From Candidatus Thorarchaeota archaeon SMTZ1-45 (GTDB taxonomy: Archaea; Asgardarchaeota; Thorarchaeia; Thorarchaeales; Thorarchaeaceae), in NCBI GenBank assembly GCA_001563335.1, contig LRSL01000107.1, positions 1 through 31,799 of the forward strand: 31,799 nucleotides of DNA. The letters are read 5' to 3'. Every line of letters starts with the position of its first letter. Position 1 is the first letter of the stretch. This document shows, piece after piece, positions 28,594 to 31,799 of this stretch. The notes beneath the pieces were generated by a model. The model was not told the DNA's origin. It saw only the letters and a program-made list of their open reading frames with translations, and did not search any database. The translations under genes and the position numbers were made by a program.

Positions 28594-29823
28594 TTAGACT
28601 TCGCACATCTCGAGTAATGGTTCTAAACTTACTTCAATCTGAATCGTGACCTTCTCATTAAAGGCAGAAAGAATCTCGGACTCTATGCGACTCTTGAACT
28701 CATTTACCTTGTCGATCTGTCTTTTGATATCATCTCTAATTCGCAGCATATCGTTACGATGATATTCCAAATTCTTTTTTGCTTCATTCAGAGCATCTTG
28801 GAGTTGGCTATTAGTTGAATAGACATCAGACCCAGCGTAAGTATGCCGCTTATTCTCTATCTCTTTTGCTTGGTTTTGGAGCTTTTGCAATCCGCCATTC
28901 TGAATCGCTATTACTTCTTCAATAGCCCTTCTGGCAAGACGGTCTTTAAGTGGCAATTTTCCTCTCTCGATGGCTTCCTGCAACCCAGCTAATCCTTCAT
29001 TCAGTACAGGATAACCTTCTTGTTCTTCTACAATTGCTCTATAGGGATCCTCAAAATAATCAGTCAATGCTTTCTGACCCGCAGGGCTCACTCGTACACC
29101 GGTGTCGTGCTGGAAGAATTTCTTTACCTGTTTCTTCAAGGGATTGAGTTTCATTCTCAGAAGACTGCCAATGTGTTCAGCTTGTTCATCAAGATTAAGA
29201 AGTTCTGCGACATTTGATGTTTCAGTGAATTCACCATATTTTGTCCTTGCTGAGTCATATTCAGTCCGAGCAGTTTGAATCTTCTGGCGAACTTGGCGTA
29301 TCTGTTCTTCAAATATTTCCTTACTAAAGGTCAAATCGTGGAGGGTATCAATGCGACCTCCAATCCGTTCTAAATCTTTAACCCAACTGAATTCATACAA
29401 TAGTTTGCCTATCTTGTTCATTTCCCTAGCAAGTTCCTTCATATAGGTGTCAAGAGATTTGATTACATTCTTGTATCGTTTATCCATCCTTCGTATCCAT
29501 CGGGCACCTGCTCCCCATAATTCTTGTATGAAGCGTTGGGTCTCATTCTGCATTGCTTCTGTGTTCTCATATGTTATCTCTTTATCAACATAGAAGTCAG
29601 AAACAATCTCCCCAATTTTTTGTGCGAATCTTGCCGCAATGCTTCCAGACTCGAGTTCCTCATCTTCTTCATCTTTGAACTCCTTTGTTAATTGCTCAAT
29701 GTCCTTTAGAGCAGTTTCAACAATTTTATAGCTCTTCTCAGCTTGCTTGATGAAGTCTTTGGATTTGTTTCTAAGCTGCTTTCTATACCATTTTTGAAGT
29801 TGTTCGACATTGAGGTTTGTCAT
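28594..29823 (-). CDS. Hypothetical long helical/coiled-coil protein
   Basis: About 409 aa, charged amphipathic helices, no Walker motifs; GGGTG RBS favours ATG 29823. Confidence 0.85.
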   Translation of the reverse strand: MTNLNVEQLQKWYRKQLRNKSKDFIKQAEKSYKIVETALKDIEQLTKEFKDEEDEELESGSIAARFAQKIGEIVSDFYVDKEITYENTEAMQNETQRFIQELWGAGARWIRRMDKRYKNVIKSLDTYMKELAREMNKIGKLLYEFSWVKDLERIGGRIDTLHDLTFSKEIFEEQIRQVRQKIQTARTEYDSARTKYGEFTETSNVAELLNLDEQAEHIGSLLRMKLNPLKKQVKKFFQHDTGVRVSPAGQKALTDYFEDPYRAIVEEQEGYPVLNEGLAGLQEAIERGKLPLKDRLARRAIEEVIAIQNGGLQKLQNQAKEIENKRHTYAGSDVYSTNSQLQDALNEAKKNLEYHRNDMLRIRDDIKRQIDKVNEFKSRIESEILSAFNEKVTIQIEVSLEPLLEMCEV

Positions 29824-29958
29824 GTGAAAACGCACCCAGATGTGTCACGGAATTGTGAGTGGTTTATCAACTTTATGAAGCATGAAACACTGAATTATAT
29901 CATGATGTTTATATCAGGAGGCACATATCTTTCAGTAGCATAGGTAGCGTGAATGCTG

Positions 29959-30762
29959 ATGTCTGAGACCTTGGAAACCGGCAACCGGAAGCCGAGGCTG
30001 GATCTCACATACTGTGTCGAGTGTGTAACCTGAGGACGAGGTAGCCTGGGTTTCTTTATGAAGCGCCTCAGTCTGATAGATTCCCGCGGAAAGGATCGTC
30101 TGCTACTTCGGAATCCTGCAGGGTACAAAGGCGGATTCTGGTTGACGTACTATGTAGATGAAATGTTCTGCATGGCCGCGTCTACCGAGAATGACTCCTT
30201 CTCTGTGGTCAATGAGGAAACTGGAAAAGGGATGTTGGAAGTATCCCTTAGCCATTCACCTATGTTGGATGGAGTGCCAGCGATAAGAACAGACATTCAG
30301 GTCTGGAGTCACAATAAACCGATCATGCTGATACGACACAAGACTACGAATGTAGCGGAACAAATCATCAAGAATATGAAACTCTATGAGTTCATGGATT
30401 TTGATGTGGGAGGTCCAGCTAGCTATAAAGACGATAAGGGTGTATACGATCAAAATAATGGCCTTATGTTGGTGTATGATGGAAACCCCTTACTTGTAGC
30501 GCTAGTGTCTCTTCCTCAACCAGACCGATGGGAAATAGCACCACCCACGAAGCTAAAAATCAGTGAAGAATACCCAGATCTACAGAATAACCTTGAGCTC
30601 GGACCAATGGACGTCGCGATTGGACTTCAGTGGAACCTTGGAAACTTGAATCCTGGAAACAGTTCAATTGTCGATATTGTCATTGCATCAGCGACCAGTC
30701 TTGAAGAGATCAAAGCACTCATCCCTGATGGATGGAAGCTTTTCAACAAGAAGATTCGATGA
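29959..30762 (+). CDS. Putative selenoprotein (267 aa): N-terminal CxxCxxU motif plus predicted beta-sandwich domain
   Basis: In frame with ORF 30058-30762: MSETLETGNRKPRLDLTYCVECVT[TGA 30031-30033]GRGSLGFFMKRLSL...; SECIS at the 3' end; alternative start ATG 29953. Confidence 0.85.
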
Positions 30763-30800
30763 AGCAGGAACGTAAAGCAAGGCAGTTCTTGTTGAGAACT
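30752..30800 (+). promoter_or_regulatory. Eukaryote-type SECIS element
   Basis: UUC-GAU-GA / GA-GAA kink-turn; AUGA 30759-30762, 11 nt paired with 30782-30793 (one bulged A), unpaired AAA 30774-30776. Confidence 0.85.
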
Positions 30801-30837
30801 GGGAAGCACCCAATGTCTTCTGTTGAAAGCCTATCGG

Positions 30838-30869
30838 AAAAAAGAGAGAAGGGGACATAGAAGTCCCCT
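30838..30869 (-). terminator. Stem-loop plus U tract after the wHTH gene
   Basis: Minus strand AGGGGAC-TTCTAT-GTCCCCT followed by TCTCTCTTTTTT. Confidence 0.75.
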
Positions 30870-30872
30870 ATT

Positions 30873-31313
30873 CTAAAGATTATCCTCTAGGTAGTCTGCG
30901 AGCATCCGGGCCTCATTCGTTAAACAGGCAAGCTGTCCCTTACTACTAAGATTTCCACCAGTTAGCAGTCCCATGTCCTTCAAAGAGCGTAAGTTCCATT
31001 TCACAGTACTATATGGAACAGTACTTCGACGCGAAACTTGGTCTGCAAGAGCTGTCAGTGTTAGTTCATGAAACTTTAACAGCTTATGACTCATTCTCAG
31101 TACTTGCTTCTGAGTATCGCTCAACCTAGCTTCAGCTAATCTGAAGAACGATGCAGCAAGACTTTGAAAAGAAGTAGTCGAGACCTTACGGTCACTTAAG
31201 AACACATTCACCTCGTGACCTAATTTGGCAGTCACCTGCTGGATGGTAGTCACCTTTTGTGTTCGAGACCCGATATCGATGGGCAGTCGATGTTGTTTCA
31301 GTACCCATTGCAT
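30873..31313 (-). CDS. Winged helix-turn-helix protein
   Basis: LSDTQKQVL...TLTALADQVSRRSTVPYSTVKWNLRSLKDMGLL...LTNEARML; GAGGTGA RBS. Confidence 0.8.
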   Translation of the reverse strand: MQWVLKQHRLPIDIGSRTQKVTTIQQVTAKLGHEVNVFLSDRKVSTTSFQSLAASFFRLAEARLSDTQKQVLRMSHKLLKFHELTLTALADQVSRRSTVPYSTVKWNLRSLKDMGLLTGGNLSSKGQLACLTNEARMLADYLEDNL

Positions 31314-31400
31314 TTTTCACCTCGTTAGTTTTGGGTCAGTTTCCGCGAATCTTTAATCGTACTTAAGGTTTGCCAGTAACGCGAAATTCAACCAGAGTTA

Positions 31401-31799
31401 CTATTCAAGATCAGGCATCTCAAGACCCATTCTTCTCAACTTACCAAATCCTTGGCTAAAGAGACTCATGTGATGTCGAATACTCTCTTCAGTGTCTGCT
31501 AGATCTGTTAGAAAAGGCATTATTTCCTCAAAACCACCAGATTCGTGTTCTTCTTTCATAGAGTGTATCGTATCGCTCATTCCAAGCATTTCATCAGCTA
31601 TAACCTGCGTTAAATCAATCATTGATTGAACAACTTCACGGGCTGTTGGATCTGGCATATATGGCAGGAAATCCTCGAAGGCAACTCCAGCATTCCTGCA
31701 CTTATCAACTCGACCAGGGATGATCTCATCATACATTGATTGCATCCAACTAATACGTTCCATACTGGTAAGGTCCCTTAGATTCTCAAGAGAGAAATA
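31401..31799 (-). CDS. Hypothetical helical protein, probably 5'-truncated by the window edge
   Basis: Frame stays open from ATG 31763 to the window end (YFSLENLRDLTS-MERISW...). Confidence 0.75.
   Translation of the reverse strand, partial: YFSLENLRDLTSMERISWMQSMYDEIIPGRVDKCRNAGVAFEDFLPYMPDPTAREVVQSMIDLTQVIADEMLGMSDTIHSMKEEHESGGFEEIMPFLTDLADTEESIRHHMSLFSQGFGKLRRMGLEMPDLE

Noticed and set aside
21799-29823. SMC/Rad50/SbcC annotation for the coiled-coil proteins
   Set aside because: No Walker A/B, signature motif, hinge or zinc hook seen
29895-30128. 77-aa minus-strand ORF
   Set aside because: Overlaps the selenoprotein N-terminus antisense and has no protein-like features
30760-30875. Readthrough of the terminal UGA to a further TGT-TGA (C-U)
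   Set aside because: These codons are structural parts of the SECIS itself, and the peptide looks non-coding
1-31799. CRISPR arrays, tRNA/rRNA genes, transposases or integrases
   Set aside because: No regularly spaced repeats, cloverleafs or mobile-element motifs were seen by eye

Overview
Archaeal chromosomal segment, most consistent with an Asgard archaeon (Thorarchaeia-like). This is inferred from GGTGA/GGAGG ribosome-binding sites, archaeal DtdA, ADP-forming ACD, a thiolase/DUF35 pair, a Rab-like protein and a eukaryote-type SECIS. The left third is a fatty-acid/acyl-CoA catabolic region: two enoyl-CoA hydratases, 3-hydroxyacyl-CoA dehydrogenase, thiolase + DUF35, SCP2, a nitroreductase, and ACD + DRTGG protein, beside an FGGY sugar kinase, an MBL hydrolase and an unannotated ferredoxin. 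The middle holds an unannotated CdrS/aCcr1-like RHH regulator, two tandem Cys-rich paralogs of unknown function, housekeeping enzymes, and a degenerate Rab-like protein with a polybasic tail paired with an acidic polyproline protein. The right third is a block of long coiled-coil proteins around dtdA. The top finding is that the 234-aa ORF at 30058-30762 appears to be the C-terminal part of a selenoprotein. Its frame extends upstream through one in-frame TGA in a C-x-x-C-x-x-U-G motif. A eukaryote-type SECIS (AUGA-N11-AAA...GA kink-turn) begins exactly at its terminal UGA stop. All calls come from reading the sequence; no searches were run.
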